IMG/VR virus record: IMGVR_UViG_3300035002_000031
Span: 1 to 39,681 of that record
Length of the DNA stretch: 39,681 nt
Source of the DNA: a virus
Lineage: Duplodnaviria; Caudoviricetes
Direction: 5' to 3' (one strand)
How positions within the stretch are numbered: the stretch's first letter is position 1; each line of letters opens with the position of its first letter. The translations under genes were made by a program, and so were the position numbers. Shown here piece by piece: positions 15,446 through 24,481 of this stretch. Under the pieces are notes generated by a model. The model made no database searches. It was not told the DNA's origin and saw only the letters and a list, made by a program, of their open reading frames with translations.

Positions 15446-17625
15446 TATTCGGCCGCCTGCCGCGGCTGGCGCGCCGTTGCCTCGGCAGCGATCACCGCCT
15501 TGGTGACGTCGGCCTGACCCTTGGTAGCCGCCACGTCGACGGCGGCTCGGGCGCGCGTTTCCGCGTCGATCGTCGCCGTCTCGCGCTGTGCCTCGGACCT
15601 GATCCTCTCGCGCTCGATCTCGACCTGCCCGCGCGTCGTCTCGGCGTGCATCAGGCGCTGATTCTCGGCCTGCTGCTTGATCTGGAAGCGCTTGGTTTCC
15701 TCGGCCTGCCGGATCTGCTCGCGCTGAAGCTCGAACTGCATCTTCGCGGCTTCGGGGTCGGGCCCGGGCTGCTGCGGCTGCGCGGCGGCCTTGTCGAGCT
15801 TGGTCAACGCCGACTGGAACGCCGTTTCGAGGTCCTTGCCGACATGGAAGGCGCGCAGCCCGAACATCAGCATGCGGCCGAGAAGCGGCACCAACTCCGG
15901 CGCCTGCTGCCCGGCCACCACCGCCTGCTGCAGGAACCCGCCGGCGGCGGTGAGGAACTCGACGCGCGACGCCTTCTCCTGCTCCTCGTCCTGCTTGATC
16001 GTCGAATCGGTCTCGATGTCGATGCGGAAGCAGCGCGCGACGCGGTCGCGGATCAGCTTTTCGACCTCCTCCCACGTCGGATTGGCGAGCATGTCCTCGA
16101 GCTGGCCGGCGTCGACGCCAAGCTGCGCGGCGACCTGCGGCGCGGCCTGCGGCTGCGAGGCGAGGGCCTGCCCCACCATCTGCTTCTCTGCCGCTGTGAA
16201 CAGCCGCACGCCCGAGATCAGCTTGATCGTGTCGAGCTGGAAGTGGTTGGCGATGATCTGCGTGAGGATTTTGACGAGATCGCGGGCGAACCGCTGCACC
16301 TCGGCCTGCCGATCGGCGAGCCGCAGCGTGGCGAAGTTCGACTTCAGCTGCTGCGCGGTGGCGGTCTCGTTGGGGTTGGAGGCGCCGCGGATGATGTCCG
16401 CCATGCCGCTGATCTCGTAGAGGTCCTGCTTGACCTGCGCGCGCGCCTCGTAGAGCCGCACCAGCACCTCGACGACGTCGCGGATGGGCAGGAAGTCGAC
16501 GGCGCCCTTTATGCCGCCGCGTTCGGCGAACACCGACCACTGGTCGACCGGGATCAGCTCGTTTTCGACCCCCTCGTTGTAGAGCCGCTGGATGCCCTCG
16601 GCGCTCTTGTCGTAGACGCCGGCCGCCTTCAACGCCTTCGTCAGCTTCTCGATGCGCGCGGTCAGGTTGTCGAGCTCGGTCGCCTGGTCCTGGTACTGGA
16701 CATAGTCCGGCACCGGGATGAGGCTGTCGTTGGCGAGGTTGGCGAACAGCGGCCGCGGCGTTGGCCAGAAGCCATCGAGCCCAAGCGGGTCGGGTCGCTC
16801 GTCGAGGAACCTCTCGACCGACTTATGCAGCCAGAACGCCTTTTTCGTCTGGATATCCCACAGCTCGTAGACCGTGGCCTTCGCCTCGCCCTCGGTGTCG
16901 CGACCCTTGGCGTCCTTCGCGCAGTGGTCGAGCGGCACCGAGGCGCCGATCTGGCCGAACCGGCGCACCAACTCGGCGCGGCCAAGATAGACCTTGCGCC
17001 AGTTCGCGCGGACCTCGTCCCAGGTGCGCGCGACGGTGTGCCCGAAGTCGTCGGCATGCACATAGTCGACGAGCGCCTCTTCGTAGTCGACGACCTCGAC
17101 GGTCGACGGCTTCTGCTCGGCGGCGTCGTCGGTGACCTGCGTGCCTTCCTCGGCGACCTCGGCGCCGCCCACCTGCAGCGCCTCGTCGCGCATGTGCGGC
17201 ACGTAGCGCGCCCAGACGGTGCCGCGACCGGGCAGCAGATAGTCGAGCACCGCCTGGCGCATCGTCTGGCCGAACTTGTCGTTGGCGACGAAATAGCTGA
17301 CCGACCGTTCCAGCACGTCGGCAGCGACGCGGCCGATCGGGTCGGCGTCCTTGAACCGGCGCGCGATGTCGGGCTTCGGGTTGCGCGCATAGAGCGCCGG
17401 CTTGAGCGTCTCGACGTTCGCCCAGAGCACGTTGTACTTGATCCGCTTGCCGTCGGTCGCGCCCGACCGCTCGTCGCGGTAGCGCTTGACGATCTGCTTG
17501 CCGCGCTTCGACCATTCCTGAGTGGCGCGCTCGTAATCCTCGATGTGGCGCCCCCAGAAGGCGACGTTCACCGTGTCGGCGGCATCGGCGTCGGCTTCTG
17601 GCGTCGGGGTCGCGGCGGGCTCCAT
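15445..17625 (-). CDS. Portal protein
   Basis: 726 aa after terminase; YNVLWANVETLKPALY; ISGMADIIRG...ETATAQ; C-terminal coiled coil. Confidence 0.9.
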   Translation of the reverse strand: MEPAATPTPEADADAADTVNVAFWGRHIEDYERATQEWSKRGKQIVKRYRDERSGATDGKRIKYNVLWANVETLKPALYARNPKPDIARRFKDADPIGRVAADVLERSVSYFVANDKFGQTMRQAVLDYLLPGRGTVWARYVPHMRDEALQVGGAEVAEEGTQVTDDAAEQKPSTVEVVDYEEALVDYVHADDFGHTVARTWDEVRANWRKVYLGRAELVRRFGQIGASVPLDHCAKDAKGRDTEGEAKATVYELWDIQTKKAFWLHKSVERFLDERPDPLGLDGFWPTPRPLFANLANDSLIPVPDYVQYQDQATELDNLTARIEKLTKALKAAGVYDKSAEGIQRLYNEGVENELIPVDQWSVFAERGGIKGAVDFLPIRDVVEVLVRLYEARAQVKQDLYEISGMADIIRGASNPNETATAQQLKSNFATLRLADRQAEVQRFARDLVKILTQIIANHFQLDTIKLISGVRLFTAAEKQMVGQALASQPQAAPQVAAQLGVDAGQLEDMLANPTWEEVEKLIRDRVARCFRIDIETDSTIKQDEEQEKASRVEFLTAAGGFLQQAVVAGQQAPELVPLLGRMLMFGLRAFHVGKDLETAFQSALTKLDKAAAQPQQPGPDPEAAKMQFELQREQIRQAEETKRFQIKQQAENQRLMHAETTRGQVEIERERIRSEAQRETATIDAETRARAAVDVAATKGQADVTKAVIAAEATARQPRQAAE

Positions 17626-17627
17626 CG

Positions 17628-17900
17628 TCAGAGCCAGAACACCGTGACGTCGGCCGTTCCGCCGATGTCGAGGTAGCAGCCCGTCGCAAAACCGGCGGGG
17701 ATGCGGACGAACTGGCCGGCAGTCAGCGGCAGCGCATTGCTGATCTTCTTCCCGCTGGCCTCGACGTTGTCGTAAATCGTAGCCGTGCCACTGCTGCTGC
17801 TGTTCGCCAGCAGACCGATAAGCGCCCCCGGGCCGGCCTTGATGAGTGCGTCGACCGCGGTGTTGGTGGCGTTGCCGGCCTCGATGTCCGAAATGCTCAT
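17628..17900 (-). CDS. Hypothetical protein (90 aa)
   Basis: Fills the terminase-portal gap exactly; beta-rich. Confidence 0.7.
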   Translation of the reverse strand: MSISDIEAGNATNTAVDALIKAGPGALIGLLANSSSSGTATIYDNVEASGKKISNALPLTAGQFVRIPAGFATGCYLDIGGTADVTVFWL

Positions 17901-17903
17901 GGT

Positions 17904-19403
17904 TCAGATCCTTTGCGACTGGCTGGATTCGCCGCGGCCGAGCGCGAAGATTTCGGCGGCGGTGGTTTCGTGGAGAAAGCGGGGCTTGGGGCGCGGCTCG
18001 GCCGCGGCGGGCACGTAGGGGCGCGAGTTGGCGGCATAGCGCCAGTCGTCGCCGGCGTGGTCCTCGCCGTCGGTGTTGATGTCCTCGAGCCGGTTCTGGT
18101 CGTGCTGGAGGGCCGGGATCGTCCGGATGCTGTCGCGGCAGGTCTCGAAGCAGTAGATCATCGGCAAGTCGTCCTCGCCGATCATCCGCGCGCGCAGCTG
18201 GTCCCAGCCACCCATGGCGCCGCGACCGGCGACGCGGGTGTTGTCGGCCGGGCGGAACATGACCTTGTGCCGCGCCATTCGCTCAGCGATCGACGGGCCG
18301 CCGTGATTGGCGAACGCCGCGGGATCGAGCACGCCATAGGCGATCGTTTCGAGCGCCTCGGCGGCGCGGATCTTGTCGGCCACCTCCTCGGCAGTCTCTT
18401 TGGTGCCGATGTTCGGCTGGTTGACGCTGTCGAGCGCGCCATAGAGCTCGCGGTAGCGGACCATGGCGCCGCGCGGCAGCAGCTGGCCGTCGGGCGTCAC
18501 GAATGGTTCGGGGACGATCGCCCACCAGCCGATGCTGTACGGTCGCGCCGATCCCCAGTCGCCGGAGCGAAAGCGCATCCAGTCGCGAGGCACGGTGAAC
18601 GGCCGCAGCACCAGGCGCGGCGACCAGCAGTTGAAGAAGGCGCCGGCAACGATGTTCCAGTCGCCTTCGAGCCAGGCCTTGCGCAGCGCCTCGTTGCCGC
18701 CAGTCGCCGCCTTGATGCGGCTGCGGTAATTCGGATCGTTGGCGAGCAGGATCGCATTGTCGGCCGTGCGCGACGGCACGAACATGCGGGTGAAGCCGGT
18801 GTCTGGATCGACATAGGGCGTCATGGCCGGCGCTACGTCGATGTAGCGCGACTTCACCCAGACATGGCCGATGCCGCCCGGGTTGCCCGTCGCGCGCATC
18901 GTGCAGGGAACGCCCGACGCCGAGCGCAGCGTCGACAGCATCTTCAGCAGGCCCGCCGGCGACGCATATTCGGTCACCTCGTCGAACGAGATGTGCGTGT
19001 ACTGGTGACCGTGGTAGCGCCCGTAGTCCTTCTCGGACTCGATGTAGCGCATCTTCACCGTCGCGCCGTTCGGCCAGTACCAGCAGTTGGTGAAGGGGAA
19101 CGACGCGCTCTGCTGGGTCTTGTAGACCGCGCCCGACGCCGGGAAGACCTGCATGGCGCGCGCCTGCAGCTCCTCGAGCTCGGCATAGGTCTTGCGGAAC
19201 ATGATGCCGCGCGACGCGCCCTCATACTGGACCGCGCCATCCTCCTGGTAGCCGAGCTGCAGGTCGGACTTCCCGCCGCCGCGCTCGCCGCCATAGAACA
19301 GCTCGTCGCACCAGTCGGCTTCGAGCGCAGCCAGCTGCGGGCCGGCCTGCGGGAACCACCGCGCCGGCGCGTAGGGCTCGGGGAAGGCGGGGAGGGCGCT
19401 CAT
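17904..19403 (-). CDS. terL: Terminase large subunit
   Basis: Walker A YGGERGGGKS, Walker B FDEV, TGNPGG, nuclease motifs GDWG and EDHAGDDWRY. Confidence 0.95.
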   Translation of the reverse strand: MSALPAFPEPYAPARWFPQAGPQLAALEADWCDELFYGGERGGGKSDLQLGYQEDGAVQYEGASRGIMFRKTYAELEELQARAMQVFPASGAVYKTQQSASFPFTNCWYWPNGATVKMRYIESEKDYGRYHGHQYTHISFDEVTEYASPAGLLKMLSTLRSASGVPCTMRATGNPGGIGHVWVKSRYIDVAPAMTPYVDPDTGFTRMFVPSRTADNAILLANDPNYRSRIKAATGGNEALRKAWLEGDWNIVAGAFFNCWSPRLVLRPFTVPRDWMRFRSGDWGSARPYSIGWWAIVPEPFVTPDGQLLPRGAMVRYRELYGALDSVNQPNIGTKETAEEVADKIRAAEALETIAYGVLDPAAFANHGGPSIAERMARHKVMFRPADNTRVAGRGAMGGWDQLRARMIGEDDLPMIYCFETCRDSIRTIPALQHDQNRLEDINTDGEDHAGDDWRYAANSRPYVPAAAEPRPKPRFLHETTAAEIFALGRGESSQSQRI

Positions 19404-19810
19404 GCCGGCTTGGTCCCGCCGTGCGTCGCCAGCCACTCCTCGCGGGTCATCTTCGGGCGAACCGCGACCTCGTGCTGCACCGGGCCGCCATCCTTGCCGC
19501 CGTGCTCATGGTCGACCTTGTCGCGCCACTGGTCGCGCGCCCGGTTCTTCAGCCAGAAGATCATCGCGACGGTGTCGCCGCCGGTCGCCCGCTTGTAGAG
19601 GCTGGCCGCGACCTCCATGTCGGCGCCGACCTTGCCGCCCTTCAGCGCCTCGGCGAATTCCGGAAAGTCGAGCTTCCACTTGCTGATGGTCGAAGTGGCG
19701 ACGTCGAAGAAGCTCGCCAGCTGATCGTCGGTTGCCCCGAGCAGACACAGCTTGCGCGCCTGCTCCACGAATTCCGGCTTGAATTTCGTCTTGGCCAACC
19801 CGAGCCCCAC
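19400..19810 (-). CDS. terS: Terminase small subunit
   Basis: HTH LGATDDQLASFFDV...W...FPEF; AMIFWLKNR; coupled to terL. Exact start uncertain. Confidence 0.85.
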   Translation of the reverse strand: MGLGLAKTKFKPEFVEQARKLCLLGATDDQLASFFDVATSTISKWKLDFPEFAEALKGGKVGADMEVAASLYKRATGGDTVAMIFWLKNRARDQWRDKVDHEHGGKDGGPVQHEVAVRPKMTREEWLATHGGTKPA

Positions 19811-19871
19811 GCTCTCGACTGGCCGCGCATTTTAGGCATGAAATGGGGCGCGGATAGTTGGCTTTAAGCGC

Positions 19872-20066
19872 TTATGCTTCGGCGCCCGTCTTCACCCAGA
19901 CATGCTTGCGGTCGGCGCTGATCCTGACGTCGAGGATGACCTCCTGCCAGCGGTGTCCGCGGATGATCTCCCATTCGGTCTCATGGCAGGTGTAGCCCTG
20001 CTTCGTGAGATCGCGTCTCTCGCGGCGGACGGCGAGGGCGCTACGTGTGAACGCTGTGACCTTCAC
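19872..20066 (-). CDS. Hypothetical protein (64 aa)
   Basis: GTGA overlap with the upstream gene; GGGAGGG RBS. Confidence 0.6.
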   Translation of the reverse strand: MKVTAFTRSALAVRRERRDLTKQGYTCHETEWEIIRGHRWQEVILDVRISADRKHVWVKTGAEA

Positions 20067-20335
20067 CCCCGCCCTCCCATCCTGATCCGCCGCACCTTGC
20101 CGAGCCCCGCCCGACGCAGTGCGCCCTTCTCCTCGAGCCGCTTCACGATGCGGTGAACCTCAGACCGCGTGGCAATGCCGAGCGCGCTGCAGACCATCGC
20201 GTAGCTTGGCGCCTGGCCGTGCTCGGCAATGGTCGACCGGATGAACGCGAGGACTTGCGTCTCGCGGCGGCCAGATCGTCTTTTTACGGACTCCGATATC
20301 CCGCGCACTGTGTCCCGATCGGTCCCCCGCATCAT
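20063..20335 (-). CDS. LexA DNA-binding-domain-like winged-HTH regulator, no peptidase domain
   Basis: RETQVLAFIRSTIAEHGQAPSYAMVCSALGIATRSEVHRIVKRLEEKGALRR mirrors the LexA N-terminal domain. Confidence 0.8.
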   Translation of the reverse strand: MMRGTDRDTVRGISESVKRRSGRRETQVLAFIRSTIAEHGQAPSYAMVCSALGIATRSEVHRIVKRLEEKGALRRAGLGKVRRIRMGGRG

Positions 20336-20382
20336 CGTTCCCCGCTTCGCGTTCGCTACTCGTTATTCCGCGCCATCGCTGC

Positions 20383-21120
20383 CTATCGGCCCTGCTTCTC
20401 GGTGTGTTCGCGCCTGAGGAATCGCTGGAACGCCGCTGACGCCTGCCGCGACAGGCCGTCTGCAAGCGCCTCGTAGTCATCACCGCGGCTCGGCCGGCAA
20501 CGGCTGTGGATGACCTCGGGGTGGAGCGATCGCTTGACCATCGGCGCGGCATATTCGGGGATCAGCCCGGCGGCGCCGAGCGTGATCAGATCGTCCAGGA
20601 ACGCGAAATACGCCGCTGTGCCAGCCCAATCGCCCGACAGCAGGTCGTGGACATAGAGCGCCGCCTCATAAGGGCTGAACCCACGGCTGCTCCAGCCGTG
20701 GGTCGAATAGCGGGGGCTGGCGTCGCAGAGTTGGCGATATTCGCTGTCGTGGAATTCAAAGCCGTCCGGGTCGGCGTCGGCCGCCGGCCATTCGACACAG
20801 CGAGCCGAGATCATGACATATCGGTCGCCGACCATGTCCCGGTTCCAGAAGAATTCGATCCGCGGCGCGATGCCGGCGGCCGGCACGGCTGCCGCCTGGA
20901 CGCTCCATTCAACCGACGCCACGCCCTTGCCGATGTTGCAGGCGACGCACGCCGCAGTGAGGTTCGCGATGTCGTTGGAGCCGCCTTTGGCGACCGGAAC
21001 GATGTGGTCGACATGCAGCAGCACGTCCGGCGGCGCGGCACCGCAGTAAGCGCATTTGAACCCCGCATGGCTGAGTACCGCGAACCTCACGGATTTCTTG
21101 ATCGGCTGCCTGCGAACCAT
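20383..21120 (-). CDS. HNH endonuclease with unrecognised C-terminal domain
   Basis: CAYCG...HVDHIVPVAKGGSNDIANLTAACVACNIGK; GGAG RBS before ATG21120. Confidence 0.85.
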   Translation of the reverse strand: MVRRQPIKKSVRFAVLSHAGFKCAYCGAAPPDVLLHVDHIVPVAKGGSNDIANLTAACVACNIGKGVASVEWSVQAAAVPAAGIAPRIEFFWNRDMVGDRYVMISARCVEWPAADADPDGFEFHDSEYRQLCDASPRYSTHGWSSRGFSPYEAALYVHDLLSGDWAGTAAYFAFLDDLITLGAAGLIPEYAAPMVKRSLHPEVIHSRCRPSRGDDYEALADGLSRQASAAFQRFLRREHTEKQGR

Positions 21121-21178
21121 CTTCTTCTCCACCGTCAACACCGGGCCAGCCGCATCATGGCTAGGACAGGATTTGGGG

Positions 21179-21330
21179 CCCCCTAAAGGGGGACCTCCAA
21201 ACCTGTCCGGGACGCCCTTTGATCTCAAAGGATTTTTCAGGGCTTCCGGACAGGCTCCGGACAACCTGTCCGGCGTGTTGTCCGGATCATACACTAACTG
21301 TCCGCCAACCTGTCCGCCAACCTGTCCGCG
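21179..21330. repeat. Iteron-like direct and inverted repeats; putative replication origin
   Basis: Repeated TGTCCG/CGGACA; AACCTGTCCGCC about x3 (21296-21330); CCGGACA-acc-TGTCCGG (21257-21273); CCCCC-TAAA-GGGGG (21179-21192). Confidence 0.65.
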
Positions 21331-21335
21331 CGCGC

Positions 21336-22562
21336 TCACTTTTCCCACACCCATTGCTTGTAAACACCAACGAAACCAGCACTTTGCAGCTTCCCGCGAT
21401 ACCGGCGAAACGTGCGCAACAGGGTGTCCGCCGACTTGTCCGGGCTCGCGATGGCCGCGATCGTGCGCTCTTCCCACATTTCGACCGTCGTAACGCGCTC
21501 GACGCGCTGCCGATTGATGAGGCTGGCGGGGATGTCTTTAGGTACGAACATGGCCGCTGCCTTGATCGCGATCCGGAGCTGTTGCAGTGCGATTGCCTGC
21601 CCGTCGGAGAGCTTGGGGCCCCGCTGCTTTTCCGGGAGCACGATGGCCTCGGTGGGCAGCACGACGCAGCTGGTGACGGCCTCGCCATCCTCGTCCTCGC
21701 CGATCGGCACGACCTCGAGCCGGAACGGGATAGCAAAGCCGTCCTTGCCGTCCTTCTGCTTGCCGACGAACGCCGACTTGACCGGGTTGCCCTCGCTGCT
21801 GTCGACGCGGATCGAGGTGTCCAGGGCGCCGCGCAGGGCACTGGCGCCGCGCTCAACCTTGCCGCCGCCGTTCTTGGCGACATGGTGGACGTAGAGCAGG
21901 CTGCAGGCGAATTGCTGCCTGATGCGCGCGCCGTTGGCGATGTAGACGCCCATGTCGGAATTGCTGTTCTCGTCCGCGGCGCCGCTGGTGCGGGCCACGG
22001 TATCGATGACGACGAGGATCGGTTCCTGCCCGAAATGCTCCACCGCCGCGGCGATGGCAGCAACAATCCGGGGAAGGTCCGCCTTGGGGTCGAACAGGTC
22101 GACGGCGGTCGGAATCAGCGCGAAGGCCAGCCCGGTGAGACCGTGCTGCCGGCGCCAAGCCTCGACGCGGTTGAGCTGGCCGCGCTGCCCCTCGGCGGCG
22201 ATGTAGATCACCAGGCCCTGCCGAACCTTGCGGCCGAACCATTCCTTGCCGGCAGCGATGTGCAGCGACAGATCGAGGGCAAGGAACGACTTGCCGGACC
22301 CGGGCTCGCCGATGATCGAAGAATCGGCCTCAGCGGGGATCAGGCCCTTGATGATCCAGTTGCCGTTGAGGTGCGGCTCGATGTCGTCGAACCAGACCAT
22401 CGGGAGCGGGTCGCGGCCATCCCTGACCTCAACGCCCGGGCGAATTGCATGGACGTTCGCCGGCGTCACCAGCTCGTCGGGCGACGGCAACGGCGCCTGC
22501 GCGGTCTGCAGCATCCACTGCTCCCAGTCGGCCGGCGTCATGTTGTCATCGGCCATCTTCAT
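21336..22562 (-). CDS. RepA-like (AAA_25) replicative helicase
   Basis: Walker A GEPGSGKS, YIAAEG, Walker B VVIDT, DENS, VHH, RGASAL, KQKDG. Confidence 0.9.
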   Translation of the reverse strand: MKMADDNMTPADWEQWMLQTAQAPLPSPDELVTPANVHAIRPGVEVRDGRDPLPMVWFDDIEPHLNGNWIIKGLIPAEADSSIIGEPGSGKSFLALDLSLHIAAGKEWFGRKVRQGLVIYIAAEGQRGQLNRVEAWRRQHGLTGLAFALIPTAVDLFDPKADLPRIVAAIAAAVEHFGQEPILVVIDTVARTSGAADENSNSDMGVYIANGARIRQQFACSLLYVHHVAKNGGGKVERGASALRGALDTSIRVDSSEGNPVKSAFVGKQKDGKDGFAIPFRLEVVPIGEDEDGEAVTSCVVLPTEAIVLPEKQRGPKLSDGQAIALQQLRIAIKAAAMFVPKDIPASLINRQRVERVTTVEMWEERTIAAIASPDKSADTLLRTFRRYRGKLQSAGFVGVYKQWVWEK

Positions 22563-23239
22563 GCGGCTTTCCGGGCAGGGAGGGGCGCGAGGATGACCTC
22601 GCTCATGCGGGCGGAGCGACGGATTCCGACCTCGACGGCGCGCGCGGTCGGCGCGTCGCTGCAGACGAAGACGCGCTCCGGTGGCCAGTGGACCGCTCTG
22701 GCGTCGCCGATCAGCAGCGCGCCGGGAACGCAGCCGTCCGTGCGCTCCGGCAGTTCGGCCAGGCTGTCGCGGCGGACCGCGCGGCGCTGCTGCATCCAGC
22801 GGACGCGCGCGGCGACCCAGGCGCGGAAGAAAGTGGCCCCGTCGGTGAAGAGCTGCACCGTCTCGTCGCCGCGCTGTGGCGGGACATAGAGCGTGTTCCT
22901 GGTGCGCTCGCCGAGGAAGCCGATGCGGCCGCGGGCGTCGAGACAGAAGATCGCGGCATCGTCGCTGGGCCCTGTGGTCGCGTCGTGCGCGTCGTCGATA
23001 TCGAGCTCGGCGAGGCGGAGCATGGCGTCGAGGACCGGGAACACGGCCTGCTCGGTCAGCGGCAGCTCAGGCTCGGTCGTTGCGGCGACGAGAGGGCCGT
23101 CGTCGGTGTCGACGATGACGAAGGGGAGCAGCGCGTACCAAGCGTCGGGGAGCTTGGCCCGGTCGAAGCCGATCGCGCGCGCCGTGGCTGCGTCGTCCCG
23201 CCGGGCGTTGGCAGCGTACCAGAGGGCGGCGGGGGTCAT
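22559..23239 (-). CDS. Hypothetical protein coupled to the helicase (226 aa)
   Basis: ATGA overlaps at both ends; no recognised motif. Confidence 0.65.
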   Translation of the reverse strand: MTPAALWYAANARRDDAATARAIGFDRAKLPDAWYALLPFVIVDTDDGPLVAATTEPELPLTEQAVFPVLDAMLRLAELDIDDAHDATTGPSDDAAIFCLDARGRIGFLGERTRNTLYVPPQRGDETVQLFTDGATFFRAWVAARVRWMQQRRAVRRDSLAELPERTDGCVPGALLIGDARAVHWPPERVFVCSDAPTARAVEVGIRRSARMSEVILAPLPARKAA

Positions 23240-23754
23240 GCCAAGCCTCGAATTCGCCGCTTCAGCGCGAGGTCAGACCGCCGGCGGCAAGTAATGCAGC
23301 GGCGCCTACCATTGGGCCGGATGGAAGTGTTCTCCGGCGTGTAGGCGTGTCCATTTGCGCAATGGGTAGCCGCGCGCTGCGCCTCAGCCCGCGCGCGCGT
23401 CGCGGCGGCGATCGAGGTCGTGTTCAGGTTCGCTCGATCCTTGGCGAGGCAGTCCCTGCGGTTCTCCGCAAGGGTACCCCAGACGAGATGAGCCGGGTTC
23501 ACACACGACGGTACGTCGCACCGATGCATCGCAACGTGCTGGGGCGTCGGGCGCGGGCGCCCCGCGATCTCAAGCGCGACATGGGTAGCCTTCTTGCAGA
23601 TGCCATCGACCGTGAACCGGCCATAGCCAGCGTGGTTCACGCCGCTGGTCCAGAGCCAGCACCCGCTATTCGGCTCCGGCAGATAGTGGTCTGCGAAGCG
23701 TTCGGCGACCGGGTAACCGCGCTTCATTTTCGGATGAGCAAGACGCTTCGTCAT
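23236..23754 (-). CDS. HNH homing-type endonuclease with C-terminal Zn finger
   Basis: EPNSGCWLW...GYG...HRCDVPSCVNPAHL..GT..EN; THCANGHAYTPEN...RRCITC. Confidence 0.9.
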   Translation of the reverse strand: MTKRLAHPKMKRGYPVAERFADHYLPEPNSGCWLWTSGVNHAGYGRFTVDGICKKATHVALEIAGRPRPTPQHVAMHRCDVPSCVNPAHLVWGTLAENRRDCLAKDRANLNTTSIAAATRARAEAQRAATHCANGHAYTPENTSIRPNGRRRCITCRRRSDLALKRRIRGLA

Positions 23755-24131
23755 CAGCGCACCCTCAGAATGTCGCGGCACCGAATGAACAGGCTCGCCG
23801 GCTCGTGCGGGAGAGGATCAGCAAGCGGCTCGTGGCCCTGCTCGACCCGGATCGCATCGGCACAATGCGCGATCTCGCGCAGCGCCAGTGCCCGCACGTC
23901 GGGATGCGCCGCCGGCAGCCACGACGCGCGCAGCCAGTCCAGAAAGGCGCCGGCCTGCTTCGATGTGCGCAGGGTCCGAACCGCGGCCTTGAACGCGGCC
24001 CAGTCGTCGGGGCTGGCATGCTGCTCCAGCACCTCGGCTGCCCACTGGCGGCGCGCGGCGCGATAGGTAGCCATCGACCGTTCATTCGGGTCGCGGGGGG
24101 GCGCCTTGAAGAGAGGGGCAGCGGCAGCCAT
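23754..24131 (-). CDS. Hypothetical protein (125 aa)
   Basis: TGATG coupling on both sides. Confidence 0.65.
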   Translation of the reverse strand: MAAAAPLFKAPPRDPNERSMATYRAARRQWAAEVLEQHASPDDWAAFKAAVRTLRTSKQAGAFLDWLRASWLPAAHPDVRALALREIAHCADAIRVEQGHEPLADPLPHEPASLFIRCRDILRVR

Positions 24132-24478
24132 CAGAAGGCCTCGACCTCCCAGCCGCCGCCGTCCTTCTTCGGCTTCACCTTCACGGCGATGAAGCGGAAC
24201 GGGTAGAGATCCGCTGCGATCTTGATCTTCGCGCGCGCATCGTCCTGCCAGAAGCCTTTGACCTCGTGGCACTCCATCACGCCGTCGCTCGCCATCACGG
24301 CGAAATCGGGCGTGTAGAAGGTGTTGTCGGCGAGCCGGAGCTTCAGCCCTTCGAACTTCCGCCAGACGATCTGCCCGGCGCGAAGAAGCGTCTCGAGGTG
24401 CGCATCATACGCCGCCTCGGTCTTGTTCATCGCGCCGGTTTTCAGGCGGCCAAGGGCGAAGCTCCGGTTCGCACGCAT
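24131..24478 (-). CDS. PD-(D/E)xK nuclease, DUF1064-like (possible resolvase)
   Basis: MNKTEAAY...YTPDF...HEVKG...KIKIAA. Confidence 0.85.
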   Translation of the reverse strand: MRANRSFALGRLKTGAMNKTEAAYDAHLETLLRAGQIVWRKFEGLKLRLADNTFYTPDFAVMASDGVMECHEVKGFWQDDARAKIKIAADLYPFRFIAVKVKPKKDGGGWEVEAF

Positions 24479-24481
24479 CGC

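Noticed and set aside
15646-17676. 676-aa plus-strand ORF (also 4056-5927, 12570-14465, 17913-19598, 21219-22889, 1620-3071)
   Set aside because: Antisense shadows of well-supported minus-strand genes; expected from high-GC codon bias, with no motifs.
21121-21477. N-terminal extension of the HNH gene (GGQV repeats)
   Set aside because: It is a translation of the origin-like repeats and overlaps the helicase 3' end.
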